A DNA stretch of 62,975 bases, the filler included, from Atractiella rhizophila (lineage: Eukaryota), in the NCBI GenBank assembly GCA_021432655.1. It is 3 parts of 3 records of this genome, joined end to end, with 100 filler letters (N's around TTAATTAATTAA, not from the genome) between each part and the next. Parts side by side here need not be neighbours in the genome. Positions count along the whole stretch, not along the records: positions 25,482 to 46,731 come from MU271729.1; positions 46,832 to 62,975 come from MU271734.1; 1 more part is not named here. One strand, 5' to 3'. The position numbers and the translations under genes are program-made. This document shows, piece after piece, positions 38,594 to 49,715 of the stretch. The notes under the pieces were generated by a model, which was not told where the DNA came from, ran no database searches, and saw nothing but the letters and a program-made list of their open reading frames with translations. The stretch's first letter is position 1, and each line of letters opens with the position of its first letter.

Positions 38594-40160
38594 TTAGAAG
38601 ATCGAATTGATGATCCCAGACCCAACAGCGGAGCCAGCACCGAATCCGACACTATCCAAGCATCAGTATCTCGAGTAAACAGGCCAAGAAGAATAAGCAT
38701 ACCCTCCGACTAAACTATGTTTCAAAGTATTACCATATTTACTTCCAACCGACTACAGAGAATGTCAAAACCCTCATTATCCGAGCGAACAAGACCTCAC
38801 CTCTTTCTGTGGAGCAGCGGGTGCAGGAGCCGGCGCCGGCGCTGCAACTTGATATCCACCAGGCGGGCCATAGGGTGGTGCGGAGTAACCAGAATTTTTG
38901 TCCATCGGTGGAGGATAGGCGCCGCCGCCATAATACTGTGGTGGAGCCGGTTGGGAGACGGGAATTGGAGCGGGGGCTGGAGTGAAGGGAAGTTTTTCGA
39001 CGTGCTGTAAAGAGGAGGTTAATGAGGATCCTAAATTACATGGACGCTTTGAAAGGCAGAGCAACGTCACAATCCAGCGTCTGAGTCTCGTAAAAGTGGA
39101 TAGCTCAAGATATCATGCAGATGAAGGAGAATATGGACAAAAGGCTCCGAGAGAAGTCAATCGAGTCGCTGCCTTCTTCAAGGAGAATGCAAGCATGGTT
39201 CACCACATTTCTTCTTCTTCCTCAGCAGCTTTGGAACAAATGTCGCGTCCAAAGAGAACGCCGAGTCAAATATATTCCATTCAGGTTAAATTCCCCTGAT
39301 GACCCCAAATTCCGAAAACAAGCTGTCGTCGCAGATAACAACACAGCATCCGTAGACCAAATGGCTGTAAATGGCTGCAGGGTATTGACATGACTTCCAG
39401 TGTCACCACTCAGACCATTCAAATGAAGGACTTTAGAATCACAATCAATGTGCATGTGTGCACTATGTTTGCTATCCGAACAATTGACAGAATTCACGCA
39501 AATAGTTGAGCAGAAGGGCAAAGATTTGTATAAAACAACCTTGAAGAACGTAGGGCGAAAGGACACCGCGACACCTCTTGTAGTAGCAGAAGGACGTACG
39601 TTACTAGGGAACAGACCACTATGACCCTCGAAACCCATCACATGACCTCTCCACCAATGCTCATTCTCTTCTTTTTCGATGACGATCGTATCTCCCTTCT
39701 TGAACGAAAGATCATCAGCCTGTTGGCCTCCGTAATCCCACTTGGCCTTGCAGGTGGGAACGTTGGCTGCAGGCGGAGCTTGTCGCTGAGGAGGAGGAGG
39801 TACAGGAGCATGTTGCAGCGCGGGCAGAGTGGGAGGCATGTATCCACCGCCTCCTCCAGGCGCAGAACCTGGAGAGGTCATGGTGGTGGGTGAGGAGACG
39901 GTTTGAGCTGGGGAGGTGACGCGGAGTGGTTGGACCGGGGAGGGCTCGGCCACCTTTTGCTGCCATGGCTTGATGCTGTTTTCTCTCGTCGTGTTAGCTC
40001 CCATAGGGACACCCGTTGGCATGGACGAGGGGATGTGTGGCAGTTGGTCGAGGATGATGTTCTTCTGCTGGAGGGTTATGATGTTTTGGGAGTGCAGGAA
40101 GGTGAGTGTTTGAGAGAGCGAGCTGAGGAGATGGTCGATGTAGGGCTGTTGCGCTGCCAT
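38594..40160 (-). CDS. LSB1: SH3-domain protein of the Lsb1/Pin3 family
   Basis: SH3 CKAKWDY..DDLSFKKGD...WWRG...GLFPSN/HVE, a P/Y/G-rich linker, and the family C-terminus KYGNTLKHSLVGG/VGFGAGSAVGSGIINSIF-stop. Confidence 0.85.
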
Positions 40161-40316
40161 TTCTGCAAAAGGACGTGGAATAGATGCAAAGTGGAGTGTT
40201 CGTCTTACACTTGTTGTAACTTTATCTCATCACTTAGAGTTACAATGAAAAGTTTAAAAGCTTAAAGTAACGTGTCCCAAGGTTTGACCAACACTTTTTT
40301 GCTGGCAACCACCACG

Positions 40317-41461
40317 ATGCATCTTCGACCACCGTCAGCAGCAGCAGCGAAGCGGTTCTACAATGCAGCGACGTCCTCTGCCCCAGAAACATTGGGCAAG
40401 AAAGAAACAAATTTCTTTCGTTACACAGAAAAGTCGAGACCTTACGAAGTGCCGTCTCCGATAGAAATGGAGCACCATCCGTCAGGATATTACGACCCTA
40501 CGTCTTGGACTATGCATCCTGAGCGAGGGTACTGGAGCGCCATCAACCCTACCATACAGCTGCCGCTAGAGAATAAGAAGAAATATCATATGTGGTTTAG
40601 GAAAAATTTGTGGTTTGCGACTGGAGGATTGCGGAATTGGGCCTCTCGTTTCTACCACCTGTGCGTTGTTCCTCTCTTCCTTTCAAATTATAATTCAGTG
40701 CACTGACTTTTGTTTTGACACCATACAGGGACAACAACGTGGAGGAAGAGAACCCGCTAGGAACGATTCTGATCCAATGGCACTCCTTCGAGCACCTCAA
40801 ACGCGCACACAAAGTCGTCCGTTCCCAACCTCCCGACCGTCTATTCAACCTCGACATCATCGCCGACCTCTGGCCAATCGAGGACAAGTACACTTCCACC
40901 TGTCGTATCGCCGGTCTGAACAAACGAGAAACCATGGATAGCGTCCGAAAGCAGTTTCCGTACCTGACCCATCCTAAACTCTTCTTCTTTGTCGAGGGAG
41001 AACATAAGCACGGACCCCTGACGGATCGACGGTGCGCCACCTCACTCTCTGTCTCCGTCTGTCTGCAGTGAGCACTGATGGTTGGTTTGTGAGCTAGCTA
41101 TGCGATTTGGCAGTGTTCGGACAACGCAGAGCTGCAACAAATGTACGAACAGGGCCCAACCGACCGTCGCGCACGCCAGATATGGCGGTTCCGTCCAAGC
41201 TGTAACATCTACCAAGTGGAGATGGACATGCGACTCGAGAACGGGGAGGACACGAAGGAGTTTGAGGAGAAGCTGGTCAAGATCCAGGCGCTGGATCAGA
41301 CGACAGTGATTAAACAAAACGAGCAGACGAAGCGGCCGAGCGATGCCATAGAGAAGAACTTTAAGGAGTTGTTGGATGATGTGGAGGCACCGGAAGTGAC
41401 GGATGAGATGGCGGAGAAGGCAGAGGCGACTGCTGCTCAGACTGCTGCGATGGCTTCGTGA
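40317..41461 (+). CDS. Hypothetical protein with mitochondrial-presequence-like N-terminus (copy 1)
   Basis: Three exons in frame from MHLRPPSAAAAKRFY. Differences from copy 2 are nearly all synonymous, supporting this frame. Confidence 0.75.
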
Positions 41462-41481
41462 AGCTTGGTGCAGTGTAGATA

Positions 41482-42169
41482 TATCCGAACAATTGACAGA
41501 ATTCACGCAAATAGTTGAGCAGAAGGGCAAAGATTTGTATAAAACAACCTTGAAGAACGTAGGGCGAAAGGACACCGCGACACCTCTTGTAGTAGCAGAA
41601 GGACGTACGTTACTAGGGAACAGACCACTATGACCCTCGAAACCCATCACATGACCTCTCCACCAATGCTCATTCTCTTCTTTTTCGATGACGATCGTAT
41701 CTCCCTTCTTGAACGAAAGATCATCAGCCTGTTGGCCTCCGTAATCCCACTTGGCCTTGCAGGTGGGAACGTTGGCTGCAGGCGGAGCTTGTCGCTGAGG
41801 AGGAGGAGGTACAGGAGCATGTTGCAGCGCGGGCAGAGTGGGAGGCATGTATCCACCGCCTCCTCCAGGCGCAGAACCTGGAGAGGTCATGGTGGTGGGT
41901 GAGGAGACGGTTTGAGCTGGGGAGGTGACGCGGAGTGGTTGGACCGGGGAGGGTTCGGCCACCTTTTGCTGCCATGGCTTGATGCTGTTTTCTCTCGTCG
42001 TGTTAGCTCCCATAGGGACACCCGTTGGCATGGACGAGGGAATGTGTGGCAGTTGGTCGAGGATGATGTTCTTCTGCTGGAGGGTTATGATGTTTTGGGA
42101 GTGCAGAAAGGTGAGGGTTTGGGAGAGTGAGCTGAGGAGATGGTCGATGTAGGGCTGTTGCGCTGCCAT
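41482..42169 (-). pseudogene. Truncated duplicate of LSB1/PIN3 exon 1, ending inside the long intron
   Basis: Same protein sequence as exon 1 of 38594-40160, with no downstream exons before the duplication junction. Confidence 0.8.
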
Positions 42170-42325
42170 TTCTGCAAAAGGACGTGGAATAGATGCAAAG
42201 TGGAGTGTTCGTCTTACACTTGTTGTAACTTTATCTCATCACTTAGAGTTACAATGAAAAGTTTAAAAGCTTAAAGTAACGTGTCCCAAGGTTTGACCAA
42301 CACTTTTTTGCTGGCAACCACCACG

Positions 42326-43470
42326 ATGCATCTTCGACCACCGTCAGCAGCAGCAGCGAAGCGGTTCTACAATGCAGCGACGTCCTCTGCCCCAGAAACA
42401 TTGGGCAAGAAAGAAACAAATTTCTTTCGTTACACAGAAAAGTCGAGACCTTACGAAGTGCCGTCTCCGATAGAAATGGAGCACCATCCGTCAGGATATT
42501 ACGACCCTACGTCTTGGGCTATGCATCCTGAACGAGGGTATTGGAGCGCCATCAACCCTACCATACAGCTGCCGCTAGAGAATAAGAAGAAATATCATAT
42601 GTGGTTTAGGAAAAATTTGTGGTTTGCGACTGGAGGATTGCGGAATTGGGCCTCTCGTTTCTACCACCTGTGCGTTGTTCCTCTCTTCCTTTCAAATTAT
42701 AATTCAGTGCACTGACTTTTGTTTTGACACCATACAGGGACAACAACGTGGAGGAAGAGAACCCGCTAGGAACGATTTTAATCCAATGGCACTCCTTCGA
42801 GCACCTCAAACGCGCACACAAAGTCGTCCGTTCCCAACCTCCCGACCGTCTTTTCAACCTCGACATCATTGCCGACCTCTGGCCAATCGAGGACAAGTAC
42901 ACTTCCACCTGTCGTATCGCCGGTCTGAACAAACGAGAAACCATGGATAGCGTCCGAAAGCAGTTTCCGTACCTGACCCATCCTAAACTCTTCTTCTTTG
43001 TCGAGGGAGAACATAAGCACGGACCCCTGACGGATCGACGGTGCGCCACCTCACTCTCTGTCTCCGTCTGTCTGCAGTGAGCACTGATGGTTGGTTTGTG
43101 AGCTAGCTATGCGATTTGGCAGTGTTCAGACAACGCAGAGCTCCAACAAATGTATGAGCAGGGTCCAACCGACCGTCGCGCACGCCAGATATGGCGGTTC
43201 CGTCCGAGCTGTAACATCTACCAAGTGGAGATGGACATGCGACTCGAGAATGGGGAGGACACGAAGGAGTTTGAGGAGAAGCTGGTCAAGATCCAGGCGC
43301 TGGATCAGACGACAGTGATTAAACAAAACGAGCAGACGAAGCGGCCGAGCGATGCCATAGAGAAGAACTTTAAGGAGTTGTTGGATGATGTGGAGGCACC
43401 GGAAGTGACGGATGAGATGGCGGAGAAGGCAGAGGCGACTGCTGCTCAGACTGCTGCGATGGCTTCGTGA
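42326..43470 (+). CDS. Hypothetical protein with mitochondrial-presequence-like N-terminus (copy 2)
   Basis: Duplicate of 40317-41461 with one amino-acid change seen (SWT to SWA). Confidence 0.75.
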
Positions 43471-43634
43471 AGCTTGGTGCAGTGTAGATCATGACTTTAC
43501 TTATACATACGACGCCTGTAATCTGTTTATGCATATCTTTCTTCACCTGTCAAATTTGTCCGCACCGGAAGGAGGAAAGCATAACTTCGTTGCAGTGCAG
43601 TGATAGAAAGCATGCACGACAGGGATCTAGTGGC

Positions 43635-44630
43635 TCATTCCGCTTTTGCCTCTTCTCCTGCTCCCTCCCCCATCTTCTCCACCGCAGCCTCCAAAGTCCA
43701 AGCCAACTGATTCTGCACACTCTCCACCGTCCCAACCAACTGCTGCATATTCCCCTCCAACAATCCAACGATCATAGCCTGGCTCTCCCTCAATCCCGGC
43801 CCATTCGCCACCTCCAACACCTGCGCCTCATTCACGGGTATTCCCTGCACCAATCCGCCGAGGAAAAAGAAGCGCTCTTTCTCCCGCTTCTTCTCATCGA
43901 TCAAAACCCACCTCCCTGCTTTCTTCGCCCCCCCTTCTTCCTCTGCAGCCGCAGCCGCAGCTTGAGTCTTCCCCTCCAGCCGTGGGTTTGGAGTCTTCGA
44001 ATGTTTTTGGCACACTTTGAGGATCCGGAGGAGCGCTCGAGGGTCGAGGAAAGGGAGGGTGAGGACGGCCTTTGGTCCTGGGAGGACGTTGAGGTAGTCA
44101 AAGACCGGCGCCATTTGTTCGGCAGGGAATGGAGGCGGGGGGATGGCTTTACCCTTTTTGGTTGTCAGCCCTGTTGGAAGCGATTGTTCCTTCAAACTTC
44201 GGAGTACGGGAGCTAGCATCGTCTTCCTGACCACGGTGATCTTGGGTTTCCCCATCCCTTCATCCTCCAACACCTCCTTCATCGCCGGATCCAACTTCTT
44301 CAACCGTTCCATCTCCTTCTTCCACACCTTCGACACCTCTTCCCTCAACGCGCTCCACTCAGTGGTCGAAAAATCTTTGTGTTGGAAGAAGAGGAGGACG
44401 GGGGTCTTTTCCGTCTCTGTCGAACCTATCACGTTCCGGTAGTGATTGAAGAGGTAGTCGCGCGCTGCTGACGGTTTTTTCGACTTTCGAGCGATGGGAG
44501 GAGGGATGAGTACGGAGGAGACTTCGTACCCAGCGGGTAGGAGCGCTGAAAAGTTGGTTGGGAGTGTGGGCAGCGCTTTTGCAGCTCTCGGAGCAGTCAT
44601 TGAAGCTCGACGAACGAATGTGAGCGACAT
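43635..44630 (-). CDS. MRPL11: Mitochondrial ribosomal protein uL10m
   Basis: Presequence, then RDYLFNHY..LLFFQHKDFSTTEWSALREE, KITVVRKTML, LPGPKAVL, FLGGLVQG and GLRESQAMIVGLLE, typical of fungal uL10m. Confidence 0.82.
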   Translation of the reverse strand: MSLTFVRRASMTAPRAAKALPTLPTNFSALLPAGYEVSSVLIPPPIARKSKKPSAARDYLFNHYRNVIGSTETEKTPVLLFFQHKDFSTTEWSALREEVSKVWKKEMERLKKLDPAMKEVLEDEGMGKPKITVVRKTMLAPVLRSLKEQSLPTGLTTKKGKAIPPPPFPAEQMAPVFDYLNVLPGPKAVLTLPFLDPRALLRILKVCQKHSKTPNPRLEGKTQAAAAAAEEEGGAKKAGRWVLIDEKKREKERFFFLGGLVQGIPVNEAQVLEVANGPGLRESQAMIVGLLEGNMQQLVGTVESVQNQLAWTLEAAVEKMGEGAGEEAKAE

Positions 44631-45297
44631 TGGACAGTTTCAGGTGCTAAAAATTCGTCAGCGTACACCGGAAGCATTAGACAAACGTGCCAACAAGAAT
44701 ATTATTGGTTTATAGTAAATGTCTACTTTTTAGCTGGTGTTGATGTTCGTGTTCAAGAAATAAATGTTTCCCTTGTCTGGCGGACGGAATTCATGTTCGG
44801 ATCTGTGAGTCGTGTCCCATTCAGGAATCAGGAATCAACAGCTTCTTCAGCGACGACAAGGGTTTCAAAGGCCGGACCAGCGCAGATACGACATTCCGAG
44901 CGGTGTGCAAGCTGAAATACAGAAGAAATACTGCCTGTTGACTTTGGCGATTGCTTGGTCCTCTGCTTGAAACGTTACGGTGTTTGAACTTCAGTCTCCA
45001 GGTGGGTCCAGTTGCTTCTGAGGATTTTGGGAGGGAGGGGGAGAAAGTAGTTGATGGTTGGCTATGATAAAAAAGCATTCGATTATGCCTCCCTAGCAAT
45101 ATGTTTGGTTAACAGCCGTGCAACTATCGGCATACGCCATATCAACCAGAATGGAATGGCCTTTCTGTATGATTGATTCTGTTCCGTCAGAATTGTCTAT
45201 ACGCTAGCGAGGTCCGAAGATACCACGGAGATGTCTTTGCCATCAGTCCTGGGTTGGAACTGACTTCTTGCTTGTGTAGTGCAGAAGAGCAGTCAAT

Positions 45298-46731
45298 ATG
45301 ATTGTCGATGAAAACGGCCATGTCAAGATGGTACCACCTCAGGCAACCTCTCGCCCACCCAGCAGTACCAGTAGCAGCACTTTCTCTTCTGGGCGGGTCG
45401 TGCGACCACTCCCTAGTCATCCCATCACGAATCATGCGTCCTTCCACCTGGCTACCACCTCCTCCCGCGGCGCTGGCGCAAGCCTTGATCGCAGCTTTTC
45501 CGTATTGAGCACCATGACTGCTCCTCCAGCCTATGAAGAGTATGTCGAGGAGCTTCCTGATCCTACCTCTTCTCCACCTAGTCTACCACCGAGGCAGCCA
45601 ATACCAGTTCCTCCGTCCCCTTCTCCATCCTCCGCACGGATTCCTGCCCTTGCAGGTGCGATGGAGCGACTTCGACAGTCTTCAACTCCATCATCCTCCC
45701 ATTTTCAACCGCCGATGCCTCCTGTGCCGCCATTACCTCCAGCCCCACCTGTACCGCCTGCCGCGCCGACTCCACCTCTCATGAAACCGACTCCATCGCC
45801 GCCACTTCCGACTGCGTCCACTTCCAAGTTGCAACTTCACAATCCCTCTGAAACCCCTTACACCACGTATCACCCTGAAATACCACCAGCTGCACCAGCC
45901 CCGCCTGCGAAGATGAAGTCGAGCAGGAAGTTGAATTCGAAACAGTCGTCAAGTACGCTCAACTCTGGCATATCCCGCACTCCCTCCTTTCCCGAAAGCT
46001 CTACCGGCACCGTAGTCGCGACTGGGGGACCGATCCAACTCTCAGTTCCGACTCTTACGACTCGCACACCCTCTCCTGCTCCGTCCTTAGTCTCACGACG
46101 GTCGCGTTCCGCCTCGAATGCAAACGCGAATGGAACGCTTGACTCCCCTGGCACTCCTTCGACGACGAATGGAAAACGTGTGATCCAGCCTTTCGAACCT
46201 TCTCAACCTCCCCTGTCCCATCTCCGTCTCATATCCGCCTCCGATAGCCTCTCAGGTTGCTTCACTCTCGATCCGTCGATTAAGCAACAACCATTTTCCA
46301 CTCCTCCGTCAGCTGGACCCATGATGAAAAGACGCTATCCACCCGCTGATGATAGCAAAGGTTTCTGGTACACCTCTAGTGCTTATATATTCTCTGAGAG
46401 TGGACATGTGAAGAGTCGGTTTGAGTGTAAGGATGGGAAGAGCAAGGAGCAGCCACCGAAGAAGAAGCTGAAGACGAGGACACATATTGTCGTTGGAAGT
46501 GGGAATGGGAACGTGAAAACGGAAATCGTACGTTATGACCTCACTAGTTTCTCTGTGCTACCCCTCCCCGAATTGGACGGTTCTGATGATTGCACGTTAC
46601 AGTTCTCGCGACATTCAAAACAGCTCGTAACACTCCACCTTCGGTCGTCCAACGGCAACATCCAGCTCTTCCTCCCACCACAATTCTCCGGCCCGCTCTC
46701 CTTCAAAATCAAAGGAGGAGTCTTCCGCCCC
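45298..46731 (+). CDS. Proline-rich hypothetical protein with a C-terminal beta-repeat (SxxGxI/V) domain, truncated by the gap
   Basis: Long ORF with PPAY motif and repeats SESGHVK, SGNGNVK, SSNGNIQLFLPPQFSGPL. The frame is open into the Ns. Confidence 0.7.
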
Positions 46732-46831
46732 NNNNNNNNNNNNNNNNNNNNNNNNNNNNNNNNNNNNNNNNNNNNTTAATTAATTAANNNNNNNNNNNNN
46801 NNNNNNNNNNNNNNNNNNNNNNNNNNNNNNN
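46732..46831. other. Assembly gap with artificial six-frame-stop linker
   Basis: 44 N + TTAATTAATTAA + 44 N. Confidence 0.97.
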
Positions 46832-46939
46832 GCTTCAAGTTAGTCCCTTTCACGGTAAACACAGATCTTAAAACTGACATCTTTCTTGAAGTCATTGTCT
46901 TAGAAGCTTGAAGCTTGACTTCAGCATCCTTCGACCACC

Positions 46940-47933
46940 ATGATGTCCAGACTCGCGAGGTGGCTTGTCCCTGCTCTTCTTAGTCGCAGCCTCGCCTTTC
47001 CTTCTGGAACTGTAAACCAACTGGTTCTGCAATCATCAGGGCCAGAAACAACAGTCTTTCACCACGGGGCGACGTGTGAGTTGTCCTTCAGCCGATACAT
47101 CTCCCAAAAAAAAATTTGAGTGCTCGACACGGAGAGACTGCAATTTACTGTCTTGAGCCGAACTCACGGTCCAAAGATGAGCGACTATCGTGGTGCTTGT
47201 CGTGACCCGCGCCAATAAAACGCGATTCTATTCACGACAGCCTTTTCATGCCCATGACAGCAAGATGTCCCTGTGTGCGAGCTTTGAACTGACTGAGAGT
47301 CACACTAGACGAGCTTGTTACGCACTCGACTTTCCCCGATTACGCGCTCAAACTCAAGCAACCGAAGTTGTGTGATACGTCTGTCAAGCAGTACAGCGGA
47401 TACTTTGACGTCGGAGTGAAGCACCATCTCTTCTTTTGGTATTTTGAAAGTCGATCGGATCCCGTTAACGACCCAGTCAGTTTCTCTGCTTTATGGATCG
47501 TGAGTTGTGCACGCACTCACCACTCTCTTACAGCTCGTTCTTTGGTTGAATGGCGGCCCTGGTTGCTCTTCTTTCACAGGTGTGATTCATGTTGTTGATG
47601 AGACCACGCTGATGGGAGCGAAGGTCTTCTTACCGAACTGGGACCGTGCAACATTCAGGAGGGAGGCAATGGAACAGATTACAATGAGTGGGGATGGAGT
47701 GAGTCTCCTTTACCGTGACGTCGAAGCGTCCACTCATAATTCTTTTGATAATAGATGAACATGCAAACTTGATATTCCTCGATCAACCCGTCAACGTTGG
47801 ATACTCTTGGACTGAGGGTGAACTGGTCTACGACTCCAACGAGGCGGGCAAAGACTTCTATGCTTTCCTTCAACTATTTTATTCTCGCTTTTCCCAGCTC
47901 CAAAAGAATAACTTCGTCATTGCCGGAGAGTCA
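46940..47933 (+). pseudogene. 5' half of S10 serine carboxypeptidase (duplicate) broken at the GES motif
   Basis: Same exons as the gene at 49716 up to IAGES, then unrelated sequence. Lacks the catalytic Asp and His. Confidence 0.8.
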
Positions 47934-49241
47934 AACCTTGCCCCTGCCAACGCCGCGCAAACCACAGCTCCCTTTTCTTCGATCCAGCCCACAATCAATC
48001 CGTCTGCCATACCTCAATCGCAATATGGCGACATGGTGAATGGAGGGTTCGCACCGCAGCTCCAACAGAATGGACACCAGGTCGTAGGAGGCGAAGCTTT
48101 TGGGGAAGGAAACGACTCGAATCCATTTTTCAACTTCAACAGTTGGAACATGGCCGCGACGAATGGGACTGGGCACGCAGTCTACCCAGGAGTGGAAGTG
48201 GAACACAACCAGCATTTCCACTTGGGTCCCAATGCCGAAGGCCCAAATGGCGCCGTTCTTCCAGGGACGGCTGGATACAGTCAAAGAGGGAACGTCGCTT
48301 TTGCCCCCGAAACCCAAGCCAATGCGAATGCGGATGTTGTCAATGGGGTTTTGAATGCCTGGACTCAACCGTTGGCGGCGCCGTTCGACCAGTCGTTGAA
48401 GCTCACCAAGGTCGCACTACCGGCAGTACCGACAACGAATCCTTTGCAGTCCTTGTTGGAATCGATCGTCCCTCCGTTTGATGCCACGTCGTTCTATAGT
48501 GGAAGCATCCTTGACCGGGATGTGGAAACCGTGTCCAAGGTGAACTTCGAGAATCTAGGAGGTTTGAATTTCGGACTTGGAAATGGCACGCGGTCTACGT
48601 TGGGAGCTGACACTGCTCCTTCCGCCCTCTTCGATAGAAGTGTAACGTCAAGAGTTGAGAGCCTGAGCATCGACGACCTGGACGAGTTGTGGAGGGCGTT
48701 GGAGAAGGTGACAGAAGATTCGACTAATGAACAAAATGGCCAAGGTGGAGTCGCTATCGCTGGACAAGAAGCGCAATCCTGGGATTTGTCATTCCTCACC
48801 GAGCCCACCTCTTTCATTCAGGCAAGCGCCGAGGGCGGACCCTCCAACGCACCTCTTTCGTCCTCTCCATCATCGAGCGGCTTCAAGTCTCACGGCTTGA
48901 CGGACGGGGTTCTCAACTGGGAAAAACTTGCGATAGACGCCTTGGCTTCGAGTCCGAGCGCGAACAGAATAGAAGGCCAGGTGGCAGGAGCTTCTGCCGC
49001 CGTCGATGGGTTTGGTTCGTGGAAGGACGATTTCAGGGCTGACGTAAATGGGACGGATGGTCGAGGAAACGGTGACCCTGGCTCCAGAAATCAGCCAGCG
49101 ATTATCAGCGGTGGAGAGCAAACTTACGAACGAGAGACTGACGGCTCTCACGGAGGTGCGATCGCGTCCAACGATGAATGGAACATCTGTGATTTCTTGG
49201 ATGATTCCTCCGCCACAAAAAGTGATTTTAACTTTTTCTGA
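47934..49241 (+). CDS. 3' part of an unrelated low-complexity acidic protein whose 5' end is missing
   Basis: About 435 stop-free codons rich in N/G/A/S with acidic-aromatic patches (DDLDELW, WDLSFL, WNICDFL). Confidence 0.6.
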   Translation, partial: NLAPANAAQTTAPFSSIQPTINPSAIPQSQYGDMVNGGFAPQLQQNGHQVVGGEAFGEGNDSNPFFNFNSWNMAATNGTGHAVYPGVEVEHNQHFHLGPNAEGPNGAVLPGTAGYSQRGNVAFAPETQANANADVVNGVLNAWTQPLAAPFDQSLKLTKVALPAVPTTNPLQSLLESIVPPFDATSFYSGSILDRDVETVSKVNFENLGGLNFGLGNGTRSTLGADTAPSALFDRSVTSRVESLSIDDLDELWRALEKVTEDSTNEQNGQGGVAIAGQEAQSWDLSFLTEPTSFIQASAEGGPSNAPLSSSPSSSGFKSHGLTDGVLNWEKLAIDALASSPSANRIEGQVAGASAAVDGFGSWKDDFRADVNGTDGRGNGDPGSRNQPAIISGGEQTYERETDGSHGGAIASNDEWNICDFLDDSSATKSDFNFF

Positions 49242-49715
49242 ACCTCTCGCTAGGTCAACATTTGTCTCGACGATTTCCTGACGATGGAAGAACGCCGCTT
49301 ACATCGTCCAGGACAGATTCAGTTCTTTTGCTGTCGACTTCGTCGTTCGTTGTTCAAATACTTGCATTGGTTCTTGTCATTTCAAATTTTTGCTGTCACA
49401 AACCCTGAATAAAGTGAAATACCTACATACTTTTCCTTATTAATGAGCAGTCCGTCAATCACAGAATTTGATCTTTCAGGCAAGCGGGGCAGCTGCCATC
49501 CTGCTGCTCCAACGAGTTAGCAGAAAAGTGCCCCGGCGAACATGTCAAGTTGTCAACCAAAGCGTGATGGGCATCCTCGAGTCTCTTTCGGCTTAACGAG
49601 TCATAGAGCTTCAAGTTAGGCCCCCTCTCACGGTAAACACAGATCTTAAAACTGACATCTTTCTTGAAGTCAGTCTTAGAAGCTTGAAGCTTGACTTCAG
49701 CATCCTTCGACCACC

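Larger units (their letters stand above)
39473..43489. repeat. Tandem duplication, period 2009 bp (39473-41480, 41482-43489), about 99% identical
   Basis: Both copies begin TATCCGAACAATTGACAG and end GTGCAGTGTAGAT. About 20 substitutions counted by eye. Confidence 0.97.

Noticed and set aside
41042..41481. C-terminal extension of the 375-aa SH3 ORF
   Set aside because: Read-through of an intron and the duplication junction into the antisense strand of another gene.
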